A DNA stretch of 45,957 bases. It comes from Azolla caroliniana (taxonomy: Eukaryota > Plantae > Polypodiophyta). The number at the start of each line of letters is the position of its first letter. Positions within the stretch are counted from its first letter, which is position 1. Position numbers and translations under genes: made by a program. This document shows positions 11,771 to 23,482 of this stretch, in pieces. The DNA lies in assembly GCA_043228905.1 (NCBI GenBank), contig JBHGNT010000240.1:1-45957 (forward strand), written 5' to 3'. A model generated the notes under the pieces. It ran no database searches and was not told the DNA's origin. It was given only the letters and a program-made list of their open reading frames with translations.

Positions 11771-12058
11771 TATGGCAACACTTGAACCCGTGACCTTATG
11801 TTACATGGGTTGAGCTCTTCACCATTAGACTATATGTTGTAATACGAAATATATTATTTTCATTTGAGTTTTACTAGAGAAAATTGATGTATATTCCAGA
11901 TTTCTCTGGAACATTCTAGAAACTTCAGGAGTACTACTGAGAACCCTGTAAAATAAGGCAAAAGGCATTATTTCGAACCAAATCGGTTCAACGCCAGTCT
12001 TAAGCCTCCTAGCTATTATTGTATATTCTGTTAACATAATATATATCTTTTGTTATCA

Positions 12059-12111
<53 letters not shown>

Positions 12112-12207
12112 AAATCTTTCCTTCTCTCGAGAGTTCTACACCTCCCTTAGTGCTAATCCTCATCTTTTAGTACTAATTCCTTCTCTGTCTTAATAATGTT
12201 CCTAACA
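11763..12207 (+). repeat. 3' LTR of element 2 (445 bp) containing a (TC)n tract
   Basis: Starts TGTCA just after the PPT and ends TAACA, where copia integrase sequence resumes. (TC)n at about 12063-12108. The partner LTR is outside the window. Confidence 0.8.
11779..11836 (-). promoter_or_regulatory. tRNA-like A box/B box cassette at the U3 edge of the element 2 LTR, antisense
   Basis: Minus strand reads TAGTCTAATGG (11832-11822), a 33-nt gap containing AGGTCACG, then GGTTCAAGTG (11788-11779). Confidence 0.6.
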
Positions 12208-12646
12208 GGTAATCGAATTCGTATTCGTCCATCTTACCTTTGCCTTTGGCCAAGTTCGTACTTGACCGCGACGTGCTTGGGTCGCGTGGGGGCTCTTGTG
12301 GCCCACTAGGCCTTGCCATAATCGGGCTTTCTTCGAACATGTGTTCGAAGCGATCTCCATCTTCTACCTCTTGTTAGGCGGATTCCTGGTCGAGCGGAGT
12401 CGGAGTCGAAGTTGTCTCTGGTGTGTACCAGGATGCGAACTCGTCGAAGACTACGTCTCGACTTACCCGAACCGCTCAGGTAGAAGGGTTGTAGCACTTG
12501 TATGCCATCTTCTTGGACGAGTATCCTATAAGGATACATTCCTCTGACTTCGCGTCGGGCTTTTGTCAGCTTTCGTTCGGGATGCGTACATTCGCAATGC
12601 TTCCGAACACCTTGAGGTGCGACAGGATTGACTTCCTTCCGATGGG
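12208..12646 (-). pseudogene. Copia integrase C-terminal fragment (continuation of 22504-22949)
   Basis: Hand translation: IGRKSILSHLKVFGSIANVRIPNES*QKPDAKSEECILIGYSSKKMAYKCYNPST*AVRVSRDVVFDE. It joins ELTPYKLL at 22504. Confidence 0.9.
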
Positions 12647-13065
12647 GCCAGACAATGGCCTAACACAGGGTGTCTACGGGAGACACTTCACCAAAGGGTG
12701 TTACGGCAACCGGATTAGACTTCAACGCTTAATCCGACTTAATCAAGTTACTTATTAGGATCTTCTTCATAACACGCGTAAGATATAACAATTAAGACAG
12801 AACGGCAATTGACACAGAGATATAACAACGCTTAAGCTTTCATTAATTAACCGCTAACTATTACATTGTATCCGGGCCTTTAAATAGGTTTCCGGTCTGT
12901 ATTACAAAACGGTGCCATCCGCACCTGTTCGGGATCGGTCCGGATCCGGAACGGCATACCAATTCCGGTCCGTCCGTCCACACTCATAGCTTAATTACAA
13001 CCACATTCCTACTACTTAATTAGCTCTCCGTTTCCCACTCTGGACTCCTTTGCCGGCCGGTAACA
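12647..13065 (-). repeat. 3' LTR of element 3, lacking its terminal 16 bp
   Basis: Matches 22085-22503. The TGTGTTAACTCTTCAG terminus is absent. Confidence 0.9.
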
Positions 13066-13119
13066 CATGGCACGCCCGTGGGACAGTACCTTGTACGTCG
13101 AATCCACAACCGACCCTTG

Positions 13120-16116
13120 CTATTCTTCGTCCAAAATGTCCAGAATGCTCTGTTCGAGAGGCTCCAATGGTTCATCTGGAAGTGGTTATTGTTGTTGCTG
13201 CTGTTGCTGCTCTGTTGCTGTCTGCTGCGGCGGGTCCGTTGGTGGTTGCTACGGCTGCTCCTCCGTTTGTGGCTCTGACACCGGCGTCTCCGTCGTTGCT
13301 CCCTGCGTCGTGGTGGTCTCCGGTTGACTGGTTCCCGGCTGGCCCTCAGCCGACGACGGTTCCTCATCACTAAGGTTAACCGTTGTCGCTTGCTGTGCTT
13401 TTTCTTCCCGTACCCGGGACCGCTCGTAGCTTTCAAACTGGATTTGAGCGTCCAGCCTATCATCGTCCAGCTGAGCTACGAGCTGCCTGACCTGCGCCAG
13501 CTGTTCATCTGCCAGGACTTGGAAGTCGTCGGCCAGCTCGTCCCGTATGGCGGTGAAGTCCTCGGAATTCAGCGTATAACAGTCATCTCCTTCCTTCCGC
13601 CGGTTTGCCACATCCGCCCGTAGCAACTGGAGTTCCGCCGCGTTTTGTGCCCACTTTGTCCACCATTTTACGGAGCTTTCATCAATCAAGTGCTTTGTCT
13701 GATTCAGCCATGCCCGGAGGATGGACTGAATCCGGCTCGTTCCCAATTGCGATTTGGTTTCCGCCGCTTGTCGTTCCTCCTTCAGTTGTTTGATGATTTT
13801 TACGTTGTCCTCCGCCTGCGCCTTGTAATGCGTCAGTTGCCTTTGATATGTACTTTGTAATTTCTGCAATACTGTAGACGCTCTCTCTTTGTCTTCCTGT
13901 TGCTGCTTCTGGAACTCCATCCGGACCTTCTCCGCCTCTTCCAAGCGTCTTGTATTTTCCGCCCGTTCGTCGGCGATCGCCGTTGCGGCCCGATCAACTA
14001 CCTGCTGGAGCTCAGCCATCCGTTCTTTATGCTCTATTTCCAGCCGTTTGTAGTCCCGGTGCAGGTGCTCAAAATCATCCGTCTTTTGCTTGAGCCGTGC
14101 GTTGATCTGACGACGGGCCCGGTCCTCGCGGTCCTTCTGCTGGCGGAGCTCTTCCTTTAGCCGTTCTATCTCTGTTTCCGCTGTTTTCCGCAGCTTGTCC
14201 TTTTCCTGCAGCACTTTGTCTTTCTCCTCCTTTAGCCGGTCGTACGCTTGATGGCCTTTCCGGAGGCTCTCCTCTGCCCGGCGGAGGTTCTCAGCAGTCT
14301 TCTTTAATTCGGCTTCGGCCGCCGTCTTCAATTCTAGTTCACGGCTCCTTAGCGCTTCTTGTGCGGCAAGTTCCTCTCTCAATTCCGCAAGCTCCCGAGC
14401 TTGCGCCGCCGCTCTCGCCGAAACGGTTTCCGTTGTCGGGGTCTTATTCCTATGTACAGGTCGTTCCGTTTCATTATTCTGTACACTTACCGGAGTCACC
14501 GGTGATTGGATCCGTATTTTAGCCATCTCTGTCGTGACCTGATCCAAATCTTTTTCAAGGTTCCGGATTCTGAACCGGGCCGTCTCTAGTTGTTCGGTTG
14601 TGACGAGCAACCGTTCGTTTTGCGCTCTTTCTTCCGCCTCTATATACCCCACTGCTCCGGCTATCTGTTCACCTATCCACCGGAGCCACAGGCTACCGGT
14701 GCCTTGTTGTGCTTGCACGGAGGTTTGATAGATGGGCTCACTGGTAGAGGGGTGGTCCCGCCTGGTTGCGCCAAGTTGCAGTTCCGTTTCTGCCCGTGGA
14801 CCATCCTGTTGTCCTTGGTCCCCTTGCGCTTCTTCTTGGCTGACCGAGGGAGGCTACAGTGACCTTTCCGGCTCTGGTGGGATGGGACTTGCCGGTGTTG
14901 CCGGTGGTGTCGAGGCTTCTGTTTCCGGTGCCATCTGCATCGGTTCCGGTTCCTTCCTTGCCGTAGGAGTCTCAGTATGGGGAGCCAGTGTTCCCTCCGT
15001 CTGAGGGTCCGAACGTTTCCCGGCTGTCTCAACGGTCCTTGCCGACGACCGTCGCTGGAGGTGCTCCATAGGCTCCTCCTCTATTTCCTCCTCCTGAGCT
15101 CTGGCATTGAGTTTTGCCGCCAAGGGGTCCACTTCTCGATTCACCGGTCGGCGGAGTGTGACCTTTACGGGCCATGCCGGTGGTTCCTCCTGCGCCTCTG
15201 TTGGGCACTTCCGGTTGCCACTTCCTGCTGCCGCCTGGTCTACATCTGCCGCCTTTCCCTTACTGGCCTTAGAGGCCAACAGTTGTTGCCGTTTGGAAAC
15301 CGTCCTTGGGGTGTCGTCCGGCACTCTTCCTCGCTTCTTGGGTTGGACGGTCTGAACGGGTGGCACCAGCAAGGTGAGCCACTGCGTTACAGCATGCCAT
15401 ATCCTTCGTCCGTCTCGGCCTTCTTTGTCGTCTTTGCCTCTGACGATCTCGATCTCCGCACACAACCCGTCTGCGATCAATACCGGCCAATCCACCTTGA
15501 TCCCTTCATAGGTGGCGATGATCATCCCTGCCCGGTTCTGCAGCATGACAGGGGGTCTAGGGTATACGTGGCCATATTCATGGAGCACACGAGCAATTTC
15601 GCGGAACAGCATATCTCCGCCGCCCTGTGTCCGGTAGCCCTTGCTGGCTAGAGAGTACTCACCAAAATACCTGATGAGTTGCTCCGGGGTTGGATTGTCG
15701 ATCGTGAGTATGCCTCCCTCCGGAAGGCCTGTTAACGCTCGAATCGCCTTTGCCGTTATGACCTCTGTATCGATTTCCTTGATCACTTTGTCGGCTTCTT
15801 TGTGTGGCGGCACCTCCATCATCATCAGGAAGCCCTCGAGCCCGTGTTGCTTCAGCCATGTCTTGGCGGCTTCCGACAACGTTTGCGGGTCCATTTCTGT
15901 GTCAGGGTCGGACTGCGGTGGCGAGGATGGATGGTGATGAGAGCGGGGTTGAGAAAGAGAAAGTTCAGAAGGCGGGGGTTCTCTATGCGCAGGTTCTCTT
16001 CTGATAATCTTGCAGCGTTTTGGTGCTTCTGTGCTCTTGGGTTCGCGAAAATAGAGGGTCTCTACGCGCAGTGGTTTTTGTCTGTGCATTCTGGCGCCTT
16101 TTTCGAGTTTGTGCAT
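13120..16116 (-). pseudogene. Extra 3' ORF of element 3 (about 925-999 codons): helical N-terminal domain, P/E/T-rich linker, long coiled coil, Q-rich tail
   Basis: ORFs 14854-16116 and 13249-14718 share one frame. Stops at 14854, 13249 and 13186 look like CAG/CAA to TAG/TAA changes. Alternative start ATG at 15894. Confidence 0.75.
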
Positions 16117-16268
16117 GTCGCGTACTTAAAATAGCATTATGTCCTGTGGTGGCGCTTTAAATGCCCACTACGTACCTTTTCGCTCCACGCTCTTTCATCC
16201 ATTCATTCCTCGCTTTTGCATGATTGTTTTTTTTTTTCTTTTCAGTTATTATTATTATTAATGTGATG

Positions 16269-19200
16269 TCACATGTCCGTTGGTCCTCCCGGACCCTTAC
16301 CGGCCACATTCTCTCCGGTTACCGGCTTGACGTCTCTGCCGTCTTCGTGGTTGTCGTCGGTCCTTTGCTCAAACGGGTTCTTAGGCATCGGTCCTCTATA
16401 TGCCTTTAACCGGAATCCATTCACCCATTTGCCCAGCACTTCGCCGGCAAGTGTCCCCAACTGGTAGGACCCATTATACTCCCGTGTTAGCCAATATGGT
16501 CCGGTCCATCTAAACCTTAGTTTACCCGGCATCTTGCCCATCCGGGTTTAGAATACTAGCACTGGTTTGCCAATTGCGAACATTTTTTCGTTACCTTTCC
16601 TGTGCCGGTCGACGAATGCTTTCCGTCACCGTTGCTCTAATTCCAAATGTAGGATGCTGGCCAACCGTTGTTCCTCCAGCTCACACAGCGTTGTCAACCT
16701 TATTGTCTCCGACTCCTTCTCGTTCAGCCGTTCTCGTAGCTGAATCCGTAAGCTAGGTACTTGAAATTCTACCGGCATGACCGCCTCGAGTCCGAACGCC
16801 AACCGGAACGGTGTTGTTCGGATGCTCGTTTTGTATGCCGTCCGGTATGCCCAAAGCGCGCTATGTAGCTTTGTGTCCCAATCCGTCCTGTTCTCGTTGA
16901 CGATCTTCCGAAGGATGTTCTAGAGCGTCTTGTTTGTTGATTCCGCTAATCTGTTCGCCTGTGGATAGTAAGGTGTGCTTCGTTTGTGGACCACGGCATA
17001 GAAGGTCGTTAGGCTTTCCACTACTTGTCCGAGAAAGTGCCCCCCTTGGTCACTTATCAATTCAATGGGGCATCCGTAACGGCACCAGATGTACTCATAT
17101 AGAAACTTTGCCGTTGACGTAGCGGTGTTATCCCGTAAAGCTTTGGCCTCCACCCATTTCGTGCAGTAATCCGTAGCAACGATAACGTACCGATTACCCG
17201 TTCTCATTACCGGTGGCTTGAACGGTCCTACAAAGTCCATCCCCCACTTTTGGAATGGCTCGAGTGGTAGTACCGGCTGGTGTGGCATACGAGCCTGCTC
17301 CGTTGGCTGGCCCATTCTCTGGCATAGGTCACATTCTTTTGCGTACCATACCGCATCTCTCAATGTTGTTGGCCACCATAGGCCACTTTGCCATATTTTT
17401 CTGGCTGTCGCATCTCCGGCATAGTGACCTCAGTATCAGTTCCTTTTCATCGCTGCGCACCCCCCATCTCCATATGCCGTCAGCTCCCTTGTGGTACAGT
17501 GTGTCTTGCAGTAAGCAGAAATGTCGGCTTTGTACCGCCAGGCGTTTCCGTTCGTCCCGGTTCAGCTCTTCTGGAGGCAGTCCTGTGCTCAGAAACTGGT
17601 GCATATTTGTGAGCCACTTGTCTTCTTGGGCCACTGTCTCATCTGTTGCCGTCTCCGTAGTGACTCGAAACAGCTCCGCATCCGGAAACTCATCCGATAC
17701 TCCGTCACCCGTCTCTCCGGACTCCAATCGGCTTAAGTAATCCGCTACGGCATGCTGTATACCGGGTCGGTGGAATATTTCAAACTCGAACTCCTGTAAC
17801 AGTAAGGTCCACCGGGCCAATTTGCCGGTGAGTGACGCCTTGGACACCAGGTAAAGGAGTGTTGAATGATCTACATGGAAAGAAAACTTCCTTCCCAATA
17901 AATAGTGCCGAAACTTTGTCACACTGTAGATCATTCCTAGAGCTTCTCGTTCCGTAGTAGAGTAGTTCCGTTCTACTTGGGATAGCTTCCAGCTTGCATA
18001 GTACACTGGCCGGTACCACTTTGGTTCCGTAAGCTGCATCAGTACGCTTCCGATTGCGATGTCGGAGGCGTCCACGAACACGTGAAATTCTTTACTCCAA
18101 TCCGGAGGTTGTACTACCAGTGCCTGTGACAATAGTACCTTGAGGGCCTTATACGCCCTATCCTCAGTATCGGTCCACTGGAATGGTGTCCGATGTACGG
18201 CAGCATGTAACGGTGTAGCCAGGTTGGCCAAGTATCGGAGCATCCGGCTGTGCCACCGGATCTGGCCTAAGAACCGGCTCAATGCCTTTGCCGTTGCCGG
18301 CGCCGGTGCTTCTAATATGGCTTTCACTTTGTCTGGGTCGACTGTTATACCTTCCTGGCTTACGATATGTCCTAATAAAGTTCCACTGGACACGCCAAAT
18401 ACACACTTTGCCGGATTCAAGCTTAGCCGGTACGCTCTACACTTTTCTAGACAAAGACGGAGATGCTGAAAATGATCCTCCTCCCGGCTATAGACGGCAA
18501 AATCGTCAAGGAAAACCTGCATAAAAGCCGGTATATATTCACCAAAGATTTCCATGATGATTCTTTGAAACGTTGCCGATGCTGTTTTGAGTCCGAACAT
18601 CATCACCACGGCCACAAACACCCCCCATTCGGTGACGAATGCCGTTTTCTCTTGGTCGTCGGGGTGCATCCGGATCTGATTATATCCGCTGAATCCGTCT
18701 AGGAAGCTATAGACCTCATGGCCGGCGACGGCATCCAACACTCCATCTGTGAACGGAAGTGGAAATGCATCCGTTACCGTAGCCGCATTGAGTTTCCGGT
18801 AGTCCACGCAAACTCGAATTTTTCCGTTCTTCTTCGGTACGACTACGATCGGGCTCAGCCATGTCGCTTTCTTTACCGGACGGATAAAGCCAACTCTTAG
18901 CAGTTTGTCGATTTCTTCCTTGACCTTGGCAGCATAATTGGGATTCATTCGGTACCGTCTTTGTGCCACTGGTTTTGCATCCTTGCTCAAGTGCACTTGA
19001 TGCTGGTATAACTGAGGGTCGAGTCCTCGCATGTCTTCGTATGACCAGGCGAACACGTCGCGAAATTCCGTGAGAAGTGTTATCATCGCCGTTTTGTCTC
19101 CGGACTTCATCTCCTTGGCGATGTACACCGGTTTTGCTTCGTCCGTGGTGCCTAAATTCACCTCTTCCAATTGCGATGCTTTTACGCGCTGTGAAACGGC

Positions 19201-22017
19201 CATTTCCCATTCCAACGCTTCCTGCGCTTGCCGTAACTCCCGGATTGCGTCTTTATCCGGTTCTGCTTCCGCCTCTTCCGGTTGCGGTAAGTACGGTGCT
19301 ACGGCTTCGGCAATGTCAATTTCGAAGAGGGGTATGATCTTCGGGTTTTCCTGCAGGTATTGAGCTTCTTCTTCGTCCGCTAACCCTTCGAGCATGTTGA
19401 CGCATTCCGCATACAACGGTGTACATTCCTTGCCAGTACTCGTCCTTGGCTGTGTTGGTACCCGTACCTTGGCTTTTCCTCGCCGGAAGGTAATTATATT
19501 TTTCCGCCAATTCTGTTTGATATGTGCCGTTTTCAACCATGGCCGCCCTAGCAATAGTGGATATGCGCCTTGTGCCTGTAATTGTAGTACTACGACCGAG
19601 ATGTGAAATGTATGCCCGCCGACGGTGACTTCTAATTTCCGTATTAATCCTGTCGGCCGCAGTGAGCTTGTATCGGCCATCCGCAACTAGAACGGACACG
19701 GCTCCAACTCGTGGATTCCTAGTTCCTCACACGTCCGGAGGCTTATTACATTTACCCCAGAGCCTCCGTCTATAACTGTGCCGGGGAGTTCTTTCCCTTT
19801 TACAATGGCAGTGATTACCGGACTGCTGGTGTCTACCACTGTTGGTCCCTCCTCCGGATTTGAGAAGAGTACTGGTGCAGGTGATGGTTCTCCTGCCGTC
19901 ATGGTCGTCTTCAGTCCTTCCGTGAATCTAGGCACGAGTTGGAGGAGTCTTCCTAGTGGTAACGTAATCTGGCATTCTTGCAATGCCTGCCATGTCTCGT
20001 TCTCGGAGTGACTACCGCCGGCAAGCCCTGCGGTGTTCTCCTTTTGCTGCTGTAAGTCTGTGACATTCTGCTCGTTTGCTTTCTTTACCCATTCCGTTGC
20101 TTGTTTGCGGATGGTCTCCTGTGTCTCCCATTCTTTGGCCATGCCCTTCAATCTTGTGGTCACCTGCTGCAGGTCTGCCACCTCAGGGACTACCATATTT
20201 ACCGCCGGTCATTTTTCATAGCTCTTCACCGGGCATTGGTTACTATAATGGCCTTCCTGTCTGCAGTAGTAGCAGTAGGCTTTCCGGGCATTGCTAAATT
20301 CGACATTGTCTGTTGTACCCGGGGCAGGTCCTACGGTACGCGCGGGGTTTTGTACCGGTTGGCTACTTGGAGCGCCTTGTTCCGGATCCCGGGGGTAGCC
20401 GCCTTTTTTTAAATGCCGTTTTTTGTTAAAGTTCTTCTTATTACGGTACTCTTGACGGGGTTTCCCGTTATATCGGCCATATTCCTCCCGTTGCTGACGA
20501 TACCCGGGGGAGTGCTCCCGGTCGTACTGTTCGTATCGTCTATTGTAATCTTGGTGCCGATCATGCCGGTCATAGTTATCTCGTCGATCACCGTACCGGA
20601 CAACATTTTCCCATCGCTCGCCGTACCAGACATTATTTTCCCGTCGCTCGCCATACCGGACATCCTGTGCCGGTCGGTCACGGTCCATTCGCCGCCAGCG
20701 TTCGTCTTCTTCATCCCGGCTGCTGCGTGGCTCAATTTGTCGGACGGGCGGTGCTTGCCGAGTCAACAGATTATACTCGCACCTATCCGTCGTATGGCTC
20801 TTGGACTGACAGATTACACATTGCGTCCTCATAGTGCATTCTAGAGCCGAGTGTCCGGAATTCAAGCAGGTTGTGCACTGTATTGCTTGCCGAAACCGGA
20901 GGTCTTCATCGGACGGTAACGCCCGTTGAAGTGCGCCCAGTGTGAGCCAGGAGCTTGTCTTTTCCATCTCTTTCACCCGGTCAATGACCTGGTCGATGGT
21001 ACTTGTACGGAAATCGATTACCGTGCAAACCGTGCGTAGGGGTTCCCGGAGCGCGTTTAGGAATATCGTCCGTAATTCCTCCTCCGGGGGTGCACAGGTA
21101 AGCTGACTATGCATCCTTTGAAACCGGATGACAAATTGGGGAATGCTCTCCCCTGCCTCTTGCCGGATAGTATAAAATAAGCCTACCATTACGGTCTGGT
21201 CCACCTCCTTTTGAAAGAAATGCATGAATTTAGCTTTTAAATCTGCAAAGGTGTTGATGGTAGACGGGTCCTGCGTCCGGCGCCATCTTGCTGCCGGTCC
21301 CTCCAATGTGATGCCAAACTCTGCTATCTTAGAGCGTTCTTCTTCCTCCGGTGTCAGTCACTGGGACACATGGTTGGCTTCCCATGTCTGTTCAAATGCG
21401 TGCACATGAGCTTCCGCGTCCGGATCATCTCTATACTTAGAGTACTGGAACGGCATGTCGTCGTCCAGTATCAGTGCGCGGGCTGGTAGTGTTGGTGCTC
21501 GTTCCGGAATTTTCTCCGGTGTCGGTTGTTTCTCTTCCGCTGGTGACAGAGGCCTCTCCTCCTCGACTTCCGGTGTCGGAGGTCGTTCTTCTTCTGCTGG
21601 TTCCGGGGGTTCCAGCGTTAGCACTTCCGGTTCCGGTTCCGGTGTAGGTAAGGTATCTGATCCTTCGTCCTCCGGTCCGCCCGGGGTTTCGTTGTTGCTA
21701 CAGTAGTTCGTGTGCACGCTGTATTCCCCTTCGGAGTCCGATTCATATGCTGAAAAGGCCTCTGCTTCGCCTTCTCCGTTTGCCAACGTGTGGAGAAGGG
21801 ATTTGGTTTCCCGGAGGCTACTTAGGTTGCTGTCGTCGTCCGGGTGCGATGTTTGCTGTAACCAGTGGGAGTCCACCGCTACTCTCCGGATTACGTTGGA
21901 AAACGAGCGATCCGCTCTAATTTCCTGTGCCGCTTGCTGGAAAGCCTCGCGTCTCCTTTGCCTTTCGGCAAGGCGTCGAGTTCGATCTATAACCAGGTCG
22001 TGCGTTGATCTAAACAT
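16269..22017 (-). pseudogene. gag-pol: Element 3 single-frame gag-pol, disrupted
   Basis: ORF starts 22017, 21306, 20196 and 19686 are all in one frame. Three CCHC knuckles; PR VIDGGSGVN; RT; RH VDASDIAIG; INT WGMDFVGP and SDQGGHF; RWTGPY. Frameshift near 17420. Confidence 0.92.
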
Positions 22018-22053
22018 CCATCCGTGCCGTCGTTCGCTGCAAAAACAGGAATC

Positions 22054-22063
22054 GTGGTCGCCA
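22054..22063 (-). other. Primer binding site, tRNA-Arg-like
   Basis: TGGCGACCAC lies 5 nt after the 5' LTR end and matches the recalled plant tRNA-Arg(TCG) 3' end over 10 nt. Confidence 0.65.
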
Positions 22064-22068
22064 AAAAC

Positions 22069-22503
22069 TGTGTTAACTCTTCAGGCCGGACAATGGCCTA
22101 ACACAGGGTGTCTACGGGAGACACTTCACCAAAGGGTGTTACGGCAACCGGATTAGACTTCAACGCTTAATCCGACTTAATCAAGTTACTTATTAGGATC
22201 GTCTTCATAACACGCGTAAGATATAACAATTAAGACAGAACGGCAATTGACACAGAGATATAACAACGCTTAAGCTTTCATTAATTAACCGCTAACTATT
22301 ACATTGTATTCGGGCCTTTAAATAGGTTTCCGGTCTGTATTACAAAATGGTGCCATCCGCACCTGTTCGGGATCGGTCCGGATCCGGAACGGCATACCGA
22401 TTCCGGTCCGTCCGTCCACACTCATAGCTTAATTACAACCACATTCCTACTACTTAATTAGCTCTCCGTTTCCCACTCTGGACTCCTTTGTCGGCCGGTA
22501 ACA
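22069..22503 (-). repeat. 5' LTR of element 3 (435 bp)
   Basis: TG...CA ends; direct repeat of 12647-13065; followed by the PBS on the minus strand. Confidence 0.93.
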
Positions 22504-22949
22504 ATGAGGAGCTTGTATGGAGTTAGCTCATGCACTCCATTAGTGGTGCACCGGTTCAGGAGATGGACGGCCGCGGATGCTACTTCGGCCCAATAGAAGT
22601 TCGGCATGTGCTTTTCATGCATCATGGCGCGTGCTACCTCGAGTATTTGCCGATTCTTCCTTTTGGCTACTCGATTTTGTTGGGGTGTGTGTCGGCATGA
22701 GAATTCTCTCCGAATGCCTTCACTTTGGAGGTAGGAGGTTAATTCGTCGGAGAAGTACTCATTTCCTCCATCCGATCGTAGGCATCGAATATGCCGACCG
22801 GTTTCCTTTTCAACTTCGCCCTTGAGCTTTTGGAAATGGGAGAACACTTCGCTCTTCTTCTTCATTGGGAAGCTCCATGTGTAGCACGAGTAGTCGTTGA
22901 TGAAGGTGACATAGAATTGGCATCCGCTGATCGTCAGCGTTTGAGCCGG

Positions 22950-23482
22950 GGTCGTGGAGAAAACCGGCCATAGAAGGAAACGGGGGAAAAGACACAGGAA
23001 CCAACCCTTACGCGTGGCCGCACTATTTATTAAGTTGTACATAACTAGGTCTGATTCACCAGATGTAAATATACTAGGTAGTACGGACTAATTGTCTAGG
23101 GAATCCAAGCGAATCTCTGTCCGACGGGACAAAGGATAAATGCATGTAACCGAGGGTTTAACGATCTTCCTCGGTGGCCTATAACAGGGAGGGGAAAAGA
23201 CTGATACAGGGGCAGACATTTTTGGGGAGGACAAAGTGCTATCGGACTGGGAACCGAGCTCTCTCCTCCACCATCATTGTTGCTTCTGCAGGGATTTTGG
23301 GTTAAGTTGGTTGCCTCTACTACGTGAAAGCTTTGTAATCTATACTGTTATTGGAATTGATTGTCTCGTTTCTGTCTCTCTGTGTTTTCTGCGACTCTCT
23401 CTCCCTCTCATCTCTCACGCTCCTCAGTTCACGGCCCCACGGTCCCGCCTTATTTCATACGCGAAAGCAAAACAACACGACA
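22950..23482. mobile_element. Solo LTR (about 533 bp) inserted in the copia integrase
   Basis: Splits the motif VWGP|AQT. Ends are (T)GTCGTG...CACGACA, with a degenerate TSD CCGG(T)/CTGGT. Confidence 0.75.

Larger units (their letters stand above)
7603..12207 (+). mobile_element. Element 2: Ty3/gypsy chromovirus (Tcn1/Tf2-like); its 5' part is displaced out of the window by element 1
   Basis: gag fragment (RQGDRPTSAYTADF..., CLYCGGPGHIAVNC), protease ALLDSGA near 8351, RT YLDD, RNase H, integrase, chromodomain, PPT AGAGGGGGGA at 11750-11759 and an LTR at 11763-12207. Confidence 0.9.
12647..22503 (-). mobile_element. Element 3: Athila/Tat-like (OTA clade) Ty3/gypsy with a long 3' extra ORF
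   Basis: LTRs 12647-13065 and 22069-22503 with about 6 substitutions; PBS TGGCGACCAC; RT GHEVYSFLDGFSGYNQI and FLDD; no chromodomain and no additional RNase H; TSD ATGAG (22504-22508)/ATGGG (12642-12646). Confidence 0.92.

Noticed and set aside
12296-12758. Novel small ORFs between elements 2 and 3
   Set aside because: The region is decayed copia integrase read in another frame, plus LTR sequence.
13249-16116. Envelope gene, or a captured host myosin/SMC-like gene
   Set aside because: No signal peptide or transmembrane segment, no introns, and coiled-coil similarity is non-specific.
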